From positions 48,546,001-48,610,000 of the forward strand of contig NC_043007.1 of NCBI RefSeq assembly GCF_006345805.1: a stretch of 64,000 bases of DNA, written 5' to 3'. Both the position numbers and the translations under genes were made by a program. The notes beneath the pieces were generated by a model. That model ran no database searches and was not told where the DNA came from. It saw only the letters and a list, made by a program, of their open reading frames with translations. Positions 50,903 to 63,739 of the stretch are shown here, in pieces. How positions within the stretch are numbered: position 1 is the stretch's first letter; each line of letters opens with the position of its first letter. The DNA is from Octopus sinensis (Eukaryota).

Positions 50903-51872
50903 TAATATTGAAATAATGCAACAATACAACATATAATTATCAATATAATATTGAAATAATATAAAAAACATGTAAATATAATATGAAAGCCATATAAAAT
51001 TATTATTGCATGGCTTTCATATTTACATGTTATAACAATTTAATAACAAATATATAGAAGCTTTAACATAAATAATCAAACTCTTTAATGAATGTTTCAA
51101 GTTAAATTCTATAGCCTTCTTTGAACACCCTTATATTTAGTGGTAATAATGAGGGTAATGGTGGTGGTGATGGTAGTAGTAGTAGCAGCAAACCCCTGAT
51201 CTGGTTAGCTGGTTCAAAAGATATAATCGATAGTCTCTCTCTCATTCCCCTGAGTATTCCATGACATAATTACTTAACTTAGACATTTTCTATATGAGAC
51301 GTTTTAATAAATAATTAATAATAAGACAAGAATGTAATTAATATTACCATTATTGGGTTATTACTGCTCCCATGTCACCCCAATGTAATAAAAAATTTTT
51401 CACAATTATGCACATGTGTGTGCGTGTGTGTCTGTGTGAATATGTGTGTGCATTTGTATGTATGAATGTGCATATATATTCATGTGACTGTATGTGTTGG
51501 TATGTAAGTACTTGCATGTAGGCATGCTAGAGTGTGTGTGTGAGTGTGTCAATGTGTGCATGTACATCTGAGAGTATTCATAAAAGAGTATAAATCTATG
51601 TTTTTGGATACTTGCATGTGTTAGGATTTGTTTGTGTGTGCTTGGTTGTACATATGGGGGACCATAAGTGTATGTATGCTTTTATGCGCATATGTGTCAG
51701 TATTAATGACCTTATATGTATGTTTATGTGTGGGCCTGTCTTATTGTGTGAATATGAGTTTGTAAGACTATGCATATATATATATGTAAAATATGATTTA
51801 GAGATAAAACCACTATTATGCAACTCAAACAGTGATAGACATAAACCAATACATAAAAAACATACTCCCTAA

Positions 51873-51906
<34 letters not shown>

Positions 51907-51911
51907 TATAT

Positions 51912-52066
51912 TGGTGCAAGTATATGTGTTGTAAAGAGCTTCCTTCCTGACTACATGGTTCCAAGTTCAGTCCCATTATCTGACACTCTTTTACTATTGC
52001 CACAGGCTGACCAAAGCCTTGTGAGTGGATTTAACAGATGGAAACTGAAAGAAACCACCGTGTGTG
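51912..52066 (+). mobile_element. CORE-type SINE (family A), 5' half
   Basis: gttcagtccc...gaccaaagccttgtgagtggattt...ggaaactgaaagaa. Confidence 0.75.
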
Positions 52067-52069
52067 TGG

Positions 52070-52073
52070 TATA

Positions 52074-52108
<35 letters not shown>

Positions 52109-52116
52109 TATATATA

Positions 52117-52165
<49 letters not shown>

Positions 52166-52215
52166 TATATACATATACATATACATACATATACATTATA
52201 TATATATACATATAA
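52070..52215. repeat. (TA)n microsatellite
   Basis: Directly visible. Confidence 0.95.
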
Positions 52216-52410
52216 AGTTACCAAACAAGAAAACACAGAAAAAAACACAGCAACGCGAGGATGTGGAACATTTAAAGTATTATTTGACGCTCAGGGAAGG
52301 AGGGTATAACGTTTCGAGCGGAGCTCTTCGTCGGAAACAAGGAGAAGGAAAGATCCCGAGAAGGGAAGACTGAGGAAAAAAATATTTTTGCTGGTGGTGC
52401 TCAACAGATG
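52215..52410 (-). mobile_element. Penelope-like terminal repeat with hammerhead-like core
   Basis: Minus strand gtttCCGACGAaGAGCtccGCTCGAAACGTT at 52304-52338. Confidence 0.6.
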
Positions 52411-52735
52411 TATATATATATATATCATAATTATATACATAATTATAAAAAGCCTGGCACCTCACCACGCACTAAAAAATAGCCATCAAAAGACACAATT
52501 GCCACCACAAATTCTCCGAGAGTGTTTTTCTCAGAGAATTTACGGTGGCAATTATGTCTTTTGATGTCTATTTTTCAGTACATGCTGAAGCACAAGACAA
52601 GCCTTTGTTATAATTATGTATATAATTATAAAATATTTATAAAAATTTCCCTACAAGGTTTTATTTCCGCGCTGACCACTTGGTAAAAATCATTTATGAT
52701 TTTACCCTTTACCTTTATTATTATTATTATATATA

Positions 52736-52767
<32 letters not shown>

Positions 52768-52975
52768 GTTAATCCAAACATGAAAACACAAAGAGAAAAC
52801 ACAACAACCAAGAACGCGAGACATGAAACAAGTATAGTGTTATTGGACACTCAGGAAAGAAGGAGGGTTTAACGTTTCAAGCAGAGCTCTTCTTCAGAAA
52901 CATAGGAAAAGGAAAGATCCAAAGAAGGGAAGACGGAGAAAAAAATCGCCAACGGTACAAGGCGGTCACATTTAT
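52768..52975 (-). mobile_element. Penelope-like terminal repeat with hammerhead-like core
   Basis: Minus strand GTTT CTGAAGA A GAGC TCT GCTT GAAAC GTT AAAC at 52867-52901. Confidence 0.62.
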
Positions 52976-53090
52976 AAATATATACATATATATATTATAT
53001 ATGTGTGTGTATATATATATAATATAATATATATATATATATATAGATAATATATACATAATATATATATACATATATATATATTATATA

Positions 53091-53124
<34 letters not shown>

Positions 53125-53332
53125 GATAATATGAATTGTGTTTTTACTTATTATATTATATATTTATCATTCATTTTATACTTTTTGAGATCTAGTTATA
53201 TATTTTTTTTTAAATTACATATATATATATATGTATATATATTATTTGTTATTTATGTATTGGTTTATCACTGTTTTAGTTGCGTAATAGTGGTTTTATC
53301 TCTAATTCATGTTTTATATATATATATGTACC

Positions 53333-53530
53333 TGTGTGTGTGTCTTTATGTCTGTGTTTTTCTCCCACCACAGCTTGATACTTGGTGTTGGTATGTTTAC
53401 GCCCCTGTAATCTAGCAGTTTGGCAAAAAGAGACTGATAAATTAGGACCAATTCATTGGACTAGAATGCTTCAAGGCAGTGCCCCAGCATGGCCACAGTC
53501 TGATGACTGAAACAAGTAAAAGATAAAAGA
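53333..53530 (+). mobile_element. Family A SINE, 3' half
   Basis: ggcagtgccccagcatggccacagtc...gaaacaagtaaaagataaaaga. Confidence 0.8.
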
Positions 53531-53689
53531 TATAGATATACATATCTATATTCATACACACCCACACACACGCACACACACAAACACATACACAATTAAG
53601 CACATAGGTGCAAAACAAGAGGGTAAAAAATAGCACTTGAATACCAAAAGTCAGAGCAAAATATTAAGTTTCTTTTGGCTTAGACAAAA

Positions 53690-53900
<211 letters not shown>

Positions 53901-54283
53901 GGAGGCGCAATGGCCCAGGGGTTAGGGCAGCAGACTCGCGGTCGTAGAATCGCAGTTTCGATTCCCAGACTGGGTGTTGTGAGTGTTTATTGAGTGAAAA
54001 CACCTAAAGCTCCACGAGGCTCCGGCAGGGATGATGGTGATCCCTGCTGTACTCTTTCACCACAACTTTCTCTCACTCTTACTTCCTGTTTCTGTTGTAC
54101 CTGTATTTCAAAGGGCCAGCCTTGTCACTCTCTGTGTCACGCAGAATATCCCCGAGAACTACGTTAAGGGTACACGTGTCTGTGGAGTGCTCAGCCACTT
54201 ACACGTTAATTTCACGAGCAGGCTGTTCCGTTGATCGGATCAACCGGAACCCTCGTCGTCGTAACCGACGGAGTGCTTCCTCC
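53901..54283 (+). mobile_element. tRNA-derived SINE family D, well preserved
   Basis: ggaggcgcaaTGGCCCAGGGGTTAGG A-box and GTTTCGATTCC B-box (53955-53965), followed by a ~300-bp non-tRNA body. Confidence 0.88.
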
Positions 54284-54297
54284 ATATATATATATAT

Positions 54298-55168
54298 GTG
54301 TGGTGTGCGAGAGAGACGACTGCGCTGGTATGGCCATGTGGCAAGAATGGATGAGGATAGCTGTGTGAAAAAGTGCCACACCCTAGCCGTTGAGGGAACC
54401 TGTGGAAGAGGTAGACCCAGGAAGACCTGGGATGAAGTGGTGAAGCACGACCTTCGAACATTAGGCCTCACCAAGGAAATGACTAGCAACTGAGACTTTT
54501 GGAAATATGCTGTGCTCGAGAAGACCTGGCAAGCCAAATGAGACCATAACCTGTGGCCTATGCCAGGAGTGTAACCATCCAGCTTATGCGTACCTTTTCC
54601 TTCTTTGGTCTCTAAACCCTGCTTGCAAAGACCTGTTGAGGCAAGTGAAATCTAAATCAAAATCAAATCAAAATCAATTCGATGACTGGCATCTGTGCTA
54701 GCGGGGTGCAAACAGCACCATACGAGTGTGATCGTTGACAGAGCGGCTATTCGAGTATGATCGTTACCAGCATCGTGTTACTGGCACTCATGTCTGTGCT
54801 AGTAGGGTGCCAAGAGCACCATCCAAGCGTGATCGTTGCCAGGGCAGCCAACTGGCTTCCATACCCATGGCACATACAAGCGACCCTTCGAGTGTGATCA
54901 TTACCAACATCGCTTCACTGGCATGTGTAAAAAAATTTGAGCGAGGTCATTGCCAGTACCGCCTGACTGGCCCCCATGCCGGTGGCACGTAAAAAGCACC
55001 CACTACACTCTCAGAGTGGTTGGCATTAGGAAGGGCATCCAGCTATAGAAACTCTGCCAGATTAAGATTGGAGCCTGGTGCAGCCATCTGGTTCGGCAGC
55101 CCTCAGTCAAAATCGTCCAACCCATGCTAGCATGGAAGGCGGACGTTAAACGATGATGATGATGATGA

Positions 55169-55172
<4 letters not shown>
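54298..55172 (+). mobile_element. 5'-truncated RTE LINE
   Basis: CGVRERRLRWYGHVARMDEDSCVKKC...GRGRPRKTWDEVVKHDL, 3' UTR, (GAT)n tail running into (AT)n. Confidence 0.92.
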
Positions 55173-55227
<55 letters not shown>

Positions 55228-55274
55228 AAGCAAGAGAAAGAAGCATAATAAAAAATGGAGAATTATACATTTTT

Positions 55275-56510
55275 AATTCAAATTTTCCAGCATATAAAAT
55301 TCCAACATATGTTTCTGCTGTATAAGTATCTTTAGGGTCCTTAGTTGGGATGGCTCTGTGCTTCTTATTGATTTATATTAAACCAATTAGAGTACAAATT
55401 CCAATCCAAAGATTGACATTCTTATACAACATTTTCAAGGTGTTCCCCATACAGGTGGTATGAGTACCATACCTAGGTAGGTATCTTCCTAGATTTAAAA
55501 CCCCAATTCTTTTGTGTATGTGTGTGTGTGTATACATATTATATATGTATGTATATATGTATATAAATAAATACTTCCAAAGATGGCTGGGTATCCCCAA
55601 TTGCCCTGTACATAAAATTTGGACAGTTCCAACTTCCTCTATCATCCAAGGAAGAGGAATTCAAGGTTAGAAAATGTAGAGTTTTAATGATGTACAGGAA
55701 CTGAGCATGTCAGACATGCAGGTATCACCACAAACTCTGGACACTCCCAATGCCAACAAGCCTACACAGATGGGGTTTGAAAGGGGGCCAACTTTGTAGA
55801 TTTTGTGGAGAAAAGGACACTTTGGTACACATCTTGTCAGGGTGTAAAGCAACACTTACTCAAGTGGGAAATAAATGGTACCATTGTAACATACCTGCAA
55901 CACTTGCTCACCCTCCATAACAGGAAAGTCTCAAGGCACACAATCAGAAGGGGTAAAACAACAGCAGCAGTCAAGTTCATGAAGGAGGGAGGAAAACTGA
56001 TGAGGACAGTAAAAAGGACAAATAGTCTACTACAAGTGGTCCAATCATGGAACATGAAAGTAGATCAAGATTGCAGTTTTCCCTCAATCATCCAGATAAC
56101 CTTGGGGTGAGATACAGTACTGCGTTCTGAAAACGCAAAGAAAATAATCTTGATTGAGTTTACAGTCTGATAGGAAGTCCTTGAACAGAAGCATGCCAAG
56201 TACAAGAGCCTTCTGTGGGATTGCAGGGAGAACAGAAGGCATTTATAGCTTTTCCCAGTCAAGGCTGGATGTAGAGGATTCCCTGCCCAGTCAGTATGGG
56301 AAAAGAGCAAAGGGTGGCTGATCAAAGGATGGGACAGGCAGCAGAAAAAGCTGTTGCTGGTTATGGAACAAGAGAGAGGAGTTAAGCTGGAAGCCAGGTT
56401 GAGATGATAAGCAGTGATTTGGCTGCCTGTTGACCCACCAACAGGAGGGTTATATGGATCAGGGTTGAAACACCTTATGATCATTAGATACTGTCTGATG
56501 ATATAAATTT
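55275..56510 (+). mobile_element. Decayed HERO-like (R2-group, RLE) non-LTR retrotransposon 3' part
   Basis: RWLGIP, QLPLSS.EEEFKV.KCR, TLP.PT.LHRWGL, CRFCGEKDTLVHILSGC zinc knuckle (from 55795), .D.VL.SENAKKIILIE.TV RLE motif, GCRGFPAQS, .AAEKA. Confidence 0.75.
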
Positions 56511-56744
56511 TTCCTTGTCAAAGATCCATTCACCAAAGTGACTGGAAAAGAATCATATTAAATACCTTTCAAAAGGTATTTGAAGGACAAATTTAGTTAT
56601 TTCACTACAGTTATTAATTGTGAAACATAACTGCCAGTTAATAATGCTACTACATAAACTTGAAGATTGTGGAAAGCATGAAAGTACTTGCCTTACCATA
56701 ATATGTAATATTGTAAAATTGTAAAACAAGTAAAAATAAAACTT

Positions 56745-57062
56745 GAAACTCAGACTTGTGAATGGATCTGGTAATTGGAAACTGAAAGAAGCTCATCTTG
56801 TGTGTGTGTGTGCGTGCACATGTGTGTGTCTGTGTCTGTGTGTCTATGCGTACAGGTTTTGACCCACCACCACCACTTGACAACTAGTGTTGGTGTGTTT
56901 ACATTCCCATAACTTAACGATTCAGCAGAAGAGACTGATGGTGTAAGTACCCGGCTGAAAAATAAAAGTACTGGGGTCAATCTATTTGACTAAAAGCTCT
57001 TCAAGGTGATGCCCCAGCGTGGCTGCAGTCTAATGATTGAAACAAGTAAAGGACAAAAGACG
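56745..57062 (+). mobile_element. CORE-type SINE (family A), 5'-truncated
   Basis: ggaaactgaaagaagc, (GT)n, ggtgatgccccagcgtggctgcagtc tail. Confidence 0.8.
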
Positions 57063-57339
57063 AATATATATATATATGTGATTGTGTATTCACGGCATGT
57101 GTGCGTCAGCTAAACAGCTTCCCATTGATTTCAAAAGTTTCCTAACCAACTCATAAAGTAATTGTCTTTAATTTACAAAATGTAAGCACAGTCACTGATA
57201 TGAAACTAAACCTACACCAATTGCTAGTCAGAGTCCCTGCCCTCCTAAACATGAGACAGCCTACAATACAGCCTGGAGAGTTCACAGTTTATAAGTACAT
57301 TTCATTTTCGTATGGTTTCTATTTGTGGATGTTCTACAA

Positions 57340-57699
57340 CAGTGTTTCCCAGCCTACCTTTACCCTGGCCCCAGTGTAACTTTCCAGAAAAATGTATCTC
57401 TCGCCAGTGGTTGGGAAAAAACTTTGTTGTTAATATTTCATAATCATATGCCTTCCTTAAAGAAATATCCACACTAGGGCTTTAGAATTGCTCTATACTA
57501 TAGCAAACAGTCTTCACACAGTATGCTTGGCTGAAGGGATTGGTTTGGTTAGGCTGAATATAAGTATATGTTTGTTGAGAAAAAAGATTTTCATAATTCC
57601 ATGCCCCACCACAAAAAAAAGAAAAAAAAGAACTTTGGAGCCCAAGCCCTCTACAATTTTCCCAGACTCCACTGGTGGGGCCCACGTTGGGAATCACTG
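57340..57699. mobile_element. hAT (Charlie-like) MITE
   Basis: CAGTGTTTCCCA / TGGGAATCACTG termini; flanks ttctacaa and atctatat resemble a decayed nTCTAGAn 8-bp TSD. Confidence 0.5.
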
Positions 57700-58027
57700 A
57701 TCTATATACAGCATACATTTCATCATACCACTTGCATTGGAGAGGTTGTTTCACACAGGAGGTCTGAAGAGTTCACTCTGCTCTGTGTTGGTTCTTATAT
57801 AGACTTACTGCCCTTCTAGTAGAGTGAATTTTAGAGTCCATATCTCATTTGTACATTCCGTCAATTTAGAGGAAAGACAGCAGACTTTAGCATTGAAATG
57901 GGTGATAAATTGTGGCTAGGCAGTAAATTTGTTTTTGTTATGTGGATAGAGGTAAAGAGGGACAATTTGCAAAGATATTCAGAGTGAATGGAAAAGAGAG
58001 GGTCTTCATAGCACAATGTATGTACAC

Positions 58028-58270
58028 GGAAGCCAGTTAGCCGGTCTGGCAACGATCACACTCGGATGGTGCTCTTAGCACCCTACTAGCATGGGGCTCA
58101 AGTGCCAGTTAGGCGACGTTGGTAACGATCACACTCGAATGGTGCCTTTTATGTGTCACTGGCATGGAAGCCGGTTAGCTGCTTTGTCAATGATCACACT
58201 CGTATGGTGCTCTTTGCACCCCACTAGCACGGATGCTAGTCATTGAATTTGATTTTGATTTTGATTTCGA
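58028..58270 (-). mobile_element. Internal RTE 3' UTR fragment
   Basis: Same subrepeat text as 45060-45300. Confidence 0.8.
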
Positions 58271-58382
58271 TATATATTTTATATATATATATATATTTAG
58301 TAAAATAACTTAGTTATCATTAAGCTAGTGATAGGAACATAAATTGTGACTATGGTTTGATGGAAGATTTTAATTCAGAACT

Positions 58383-58443
<61 letters not shown>

Positions 58444-58466
58444 ATGTATATATATATATATATATA

Positions 58467-59804
58467 CAGGATGTTTCAAAGAATTTTATATCATTTCGCA
58501 ATCTGATAACTTTGCCAATTCTTGTTCAAATGACTTCAATTATTAACAGCATGTGTAGAAACAGGTCAAAATTTTGTTTGATATGTTCATCTGTCCAGAT
58601 ATAGAAATGGCATTCACTGGAAAAGAAAAGGCATTTTGTGTGTTGGAGTATGCTCAAACACAGTTGAACAAGACTGTGCAGCATGCATTTGTGACAGATT
58701 TCTTTAAAAGTCACCAATGGCAATGCAGATTTGGACATGCCACAAAAAATTCAAAGAGGAAGGCTGTCTGTGCAGGGCAAAAGGATCTGAATGTCTCGGA
58801 AGAGACAGTTAAGGGAATTTGACAAAAACTCTTGCGAAGCCTCAAGATGTCCATAAGGAGAAGAAGTTTGGAAACCCAGATTCCTCCAACAATAGTTTGG
58901 CATGTCCTGAGGAAATGCTTGCTAATGAAACCCTACAAGCTGCAGCTTGTTCAGGCCATATCAGCAGATGGCAAGTGAAAGCACAAACAATTCTGTGTTC
59001 ATGTGCAAAAGAAACTTGAAGAAGCTGAGTTCAAGGAACATCTTGTTTTCAGTGATGAGGCTACATTTCATAGAAATAGCAAAGTCAATAAGCATAATGT
59101 TTGCATTTGGGGTGAAGAAAATCTCCATGCCACAGTTGAGCATGAGAGGGACTCACCTAAAGTGAATGTGTTCTGCACCATTTCCAAGAACCATCTTCAT
59201 GGCCCATTTTTCTTTGAGGGAAATGTGACTGGCAATGTTTATCTGCAAATGCTTCAGAACTGGCTAATGGATGAGCTCATTGCAAAAGAATATGAAGACT
59301 TTGTTTTTCAACAGGACGGGGCTCCACCTCACTGGAAGCCCACTGTGCAGGCTTATCTCAATGACAATCTGTGAGGAAGATGGATCAGGTGTACTGGTGA
59401 TGAAGACAATGTGCTGTTGAAATGGCCACCACATTCACCTGACCTGACACCTTGTGATGTTTATCTCTGGGGCTATGTGAAGGTCCTGGTCTATGTCTCC
59501 ACTCTTCCTGTAAACCTAGAGGAACTCAAGCAGAGAATCACTATTGCACTGGAGACTGTTACACAAGACATGTTGCAGCATGTTTGGGAGGAGTTGGATT
59601 GTGGGCTATATCTCAGGCGGTGTGCATATTGAACATTTGTGAAATCGTTCATGGAATCCACATACCATTGAATTTCTCATTCAAATTTGGAACAATAAAT
59701 CTTATGTTGTTCAACATTAAGCTTGTTTAATTTCATTTGCTTTGATTATGTAGTTTCTGTGATATTTACATCTCAAATGAAATCAAATTCTTTGAAACAC
59801 CCTG
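58467..59804 (+). mobile_element. Full-length decayed Tc1/mariner transposon (rosa/DD41D-like)
   Basis: TA TSDs at 58465-58466 and 59805-59806; ~29-bp TIR CAGG(A/G)TGTTTCAAAGAATTT; KAFCVLEY, VFSDEATFH, QQDGAPPH, WPPHSPDLTPCD motifs with stops and frameshifts. Confidence 0.95.
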
Positions 59805-59856
59805 TATATTATGTTATATATAATATATATATATATATACATATATATACACACAG

Positions 59857-60315
59857 TCTTCGAATGTTGGGCCTCACAGAGGCAATGACAAGTGACCAAG
59901 ACCTTTCGAGATATACTGTGCTTGAGAAGGCCTGTCAAGCCAAGTGAGATCATAGCCATGGCCATTACCAGTGTCACATAACTGGCCTGTTTAAAAGTAC
60001 CCTTCAGTCATTGGGCAATATGCTGTGTTTGAGAAGACCTGTTGAATCAGTGAAATCCCCATTGTGGCTGATGCCAGTTCTGCTTGACTGACACCCATGC
60101 TGGTGGCATGTAAAAAGCACCCACTACACTCTCGGAGTGATTGGTGTTAGGACGGGTATCCAGCTGTAGAAACCTTGCTAGATCAGATTGGAGCGTGGTT
60201 CAGCCACCTGGTTTGCCAGCCCTTAATCAAATTGTCCAACCCATGCCAGCATGAAAAGCAGACGTTAAACGACGATGACGACGACGACGACAACAACGAT
60301 GATGATGATGATGAC
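59857..60315 (+). mobile_element. RTE 3' end (short-UTR variant)
   Basis: LRMLGLTEAMTSDQDL.RY.VLEK, then the shared tip and a (GAC/GAT)n tail. Confidence 0.8.
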
Positions 60316-60677
60316 ATGTACTCACTCGTATTCACACACAGAAATACACAGACAGATCTGTTCTTTCATAGAGATACATTTAATATATATGCACCCACTG
60401 ACACACACACAAACTCAGATGCACACACACTGACATGCACACACACACACACACACACGTACACACACACATACGACTATACTCAGAAACTCTCTAGATA
60501 TTATAGGGAGTGCACGGTGCACTCCTCTCCTACAATTTGGAGGCTAAATTAAAGATGATTTATGTCATGTGATGCTGTGTTAGAGGTCAGGATGAAGAAG
60601 ATGGCAGCAAATTATGGAACTGACTTGACATGTGACCCCAAAAACATTTACAAAACATGATAATGATATCTGTTTAA

Positions 60678-60897
60678 CCCTTTCATTACTGTGTTTATTT
60701 TGTAATGCTCTGTATTTCTTTCAATTATTTTAAATGTAACAAAGAATTTAGTAAAATAACTTAGTTATCATTAAGCTAGTGATAGGAACATAAATTGTGA
60801 CTAAGGTTTGATGGAAGATTTTGATTCAAAACTTATGAAAACAAGACATTTGTACTCAGAGCCAGAACCAGTTTCAGCCGGGTTGGTAACAAAAGGG
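60678..60897. mobile_element. piggyBac-like MITE (second family)
   Basis: TTAA at 60674-60677 and 60898-60901; CCCTTT...AAAGGG termini; partial copy at ~58296-58385. Confidence 0.8.
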
Positions 60898-60904
60898 TTA
60901 ATGA

Positions 60905-61230
60905 CGATGTCTGTCGTTATTGTTGTGTTGGTTGGGGTGATGGTGGTGTTTGTGTCATTGTTGGTAGTAGCGTTGTTTGTCCTGTTATCATTGTTGTTGT
61001 GGATGGAGATGGTGGTGGCACCAGTGGAAGTAGCAGTAGAAGTGGTGGCGGTGATGATGGTGGCGGTGGTGGCGGCGGCAACGGCGGCAGTGGGGTGGTG
61101 GTGGTGGCGGCGGCGGCAACGGTGGCAGTGGGGTAGTGGTGGTGCTGGTGCTGGTGATGGGAGATGCTTCTGCTACTGCTGGTACTGGTGGTACTAGTAC
61201 TGGTGACATTTATGCTGTTATGTTGGTGAT
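60905..61230. repeat. (GGT/GTT/GGC)n low-complexity tract
   Basis: Directly visible. Confidence 0.9.
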
Positions 61231-63056
61231 AGTGTCTTTATTGAGCAACTATAGCCATCTTAGCCAGCATTCTACTACAGTAAACCATATTTAAAAAAAG
61301 AAAGAGACAGAGAGGGCATCACCATTCTGGGAAACTCTAAGAAGAGTCTCCAAGACAGATGAAAGGTTTTAATGTCAAGTTCATCATTTTAATGTATGCT
61401 TTAGTCTTCTAGAAGCCTATCTTTTCTTCAGATCTAGATTCTTAAAAAAGATTTCATGTGAGATACTGTTTTAGAGAGAGAAGTAGTTGCATAGATTTTA
61501 TTTTTTTAAGGTGAAATGTAACAGCACCCCTCATGTTTTTGTAGCTTGGCTGAAGCTTTAGAAATTACAAAGGTCTACTTGTCTAGTGATTAGACCAGAA
61601 ATCTTCCTTCATTATCATTTAATCTCCATCTTCCATGCTTGCATGGGTTGTATGATTCAACAAGATCTGACAAGTCAGAGGACTGCATCATGCTCCAGGT
61701 CTGTTTTAATATGGTTTCTATGACTGATTGAAAGCTTTCACTTATCACTACTCACTGTGATGTTGCCCTAATTCATTCAGTACAGCTGTTGTTAGATGAA
61801 AGAGATCTTGGCAGGACAGAAAACACCTTAGTCAGTTGCTTACTTTCTCATATCTATCTTCATTTTCTTAGTATCCTACCAATATAAATGCTTTGATTCA
61901 GTTGAATCAAATCTTCTTAGATCCCAGCCACTTTAGAGAGTTTTACAGGATGCTTTTTCATGTCACCAACACCTGTTGGGTCACCTTGAAATTTGTAGGA
62001 TTTAAAGAAGCCCCTATAACTGAAGGAGACTAGAGAAGAGAGGGAGAAAGAGATTGAAGACAGATAGACAATGTGATTATTTTAGGCAAGGTGATGAGGG
62101 AGGATAAAGAATGGTGAGAGAAACAGATTTATAGTTGTGAAAGTGTGGTAGTAGGGAGGGTAGTAGAGGGAGCATTTTCTGGGGATGGAGAATGAGAAAG
62201 GATAAGTGTCAGTGGTTACTGATAAAAGGAGGGATGAAATGATAAGGATAAAAAGATGGTTTCTGTAGTGGGATGGGGGACTCCAAGGCTATCTATCTGC
62301 AGTCAATCGTAGTGACTATGACTTTTCATGGCTTTGACATGACTTGATAAGCTTATGTCAGCAACTTTGGATACTCTGCAGGTCTTAAAAAAAAGACCTG
62401 ACAAAGAGTGGAGGAACTCCTAAGAGTCAGCAGCCATCCAATAATGTGTACATATGTCCATGATAGACCACTCTCAGATGGTGACCTATCATCCAGCTGC
62501 TGCATAAAGACACTGATGCCAGCATGTCATGGTCTACTCTTGCCTGCTGGACAGCATTAATGTTGTACCAAGAGAGTGATGTAAGCCAATTGCAAAAACA
62601 ATTTCACTTCATGGTTTCCAAAGCAGTTATATGGTAAATAAAATGACAAATCCACATTGTAAGGGCAAGAATGAACATAAATAAGAGAAAACAGATGATG
62701 GCAGTGAGGACCCAGAGAGAATCATAGAAACAAAGAGAGTAGGGAGTAGTCTCAGGTAGGATGACAGAGAGGGTGGGATAAGAGGGTGTTAGAATTTCAA
62801 AATCAGTGAAAATACATAGTTAAGTCTCAACAGAAACACAGACATATTGAAGGAAGAAAACAGGGATTGGGGCTATCAACTGAATCAAACCATTTACTTG
62901 GTTACTTTTTTTATGGCAGCTAGGAAAATGAAGACAGACATCAGAAAGTAGGCAACTGACTAAGATGTTTACTCTCCTGCCATATTCTCTCTCATCTTAC
63001 AACAGTCTCACTTAATGGATTAGGACATCTCAATAAGTAGTGATATGTGATAGCAT

Positions 63057-63135
<79 letters not shown>

Positions 63136-63640
63136 TACACACACACATATGCACATCATACACTCACACCATACACTCTCACACTAAACACCTATGTATG
63201 CACTCTCATACAAACACACACATCATAAACACACTCAAACAACATTTATACACTCACACAGCATACACATGTGCACAGTCTTACGCAACACACACATACA
63301 GACTCTCACACACAACATACACCTATATATACACTCTTTTACACTCACACATTCACACAAAGGCACATGCATATATCCATCTGCCAACACCCACAATCTC
63401 AGACATGCACTATAACATACACACATTCACAAACATTTTGTTATACATGCATATGCATACACACACAAATGTACACATACCCACACACAAAAAAAACATA
63501 GCTATGCACAAATATATCAAAAAACACATGTATTCACATTGATACATACACACACACACACACATTCACACATATCCAGGTACACTTCCATACAAACATC
63601 TACACATGTCCACATGAAAACACACACACATACATACTCA
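63057..63640. repeat. (CA)n microsatellite and CA-rich low complexity
   Basis: Directly visible. Confidence 0.93.
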
Positions 63641-63739
63641 GAGTATATATATCATGTACTTTCTATTGCAGAAACATCAATCATGTTATAGAACACAACA
63701 GCTGATGATGGTACCATAGTTACAGAGTAATCTTATGGG

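Noticed and set aside
53901-53975. tRNA gene
   Set aside because: A and B boxes are present, but there is no proper acceptor stem, and it continues into a body repeated at 43.0 and 47.3 kb: a SINE head.
60808-61209. Membrane-protein-like or poly-Pro/His ORFs
   Set aside because: Arise from a GGT/GTT low-complexity tract.
62270-62640. Possible ancient LINE RT remnant on the minus strand
   Set aside because: Too decayed to recover diagnostic motifs by eye.
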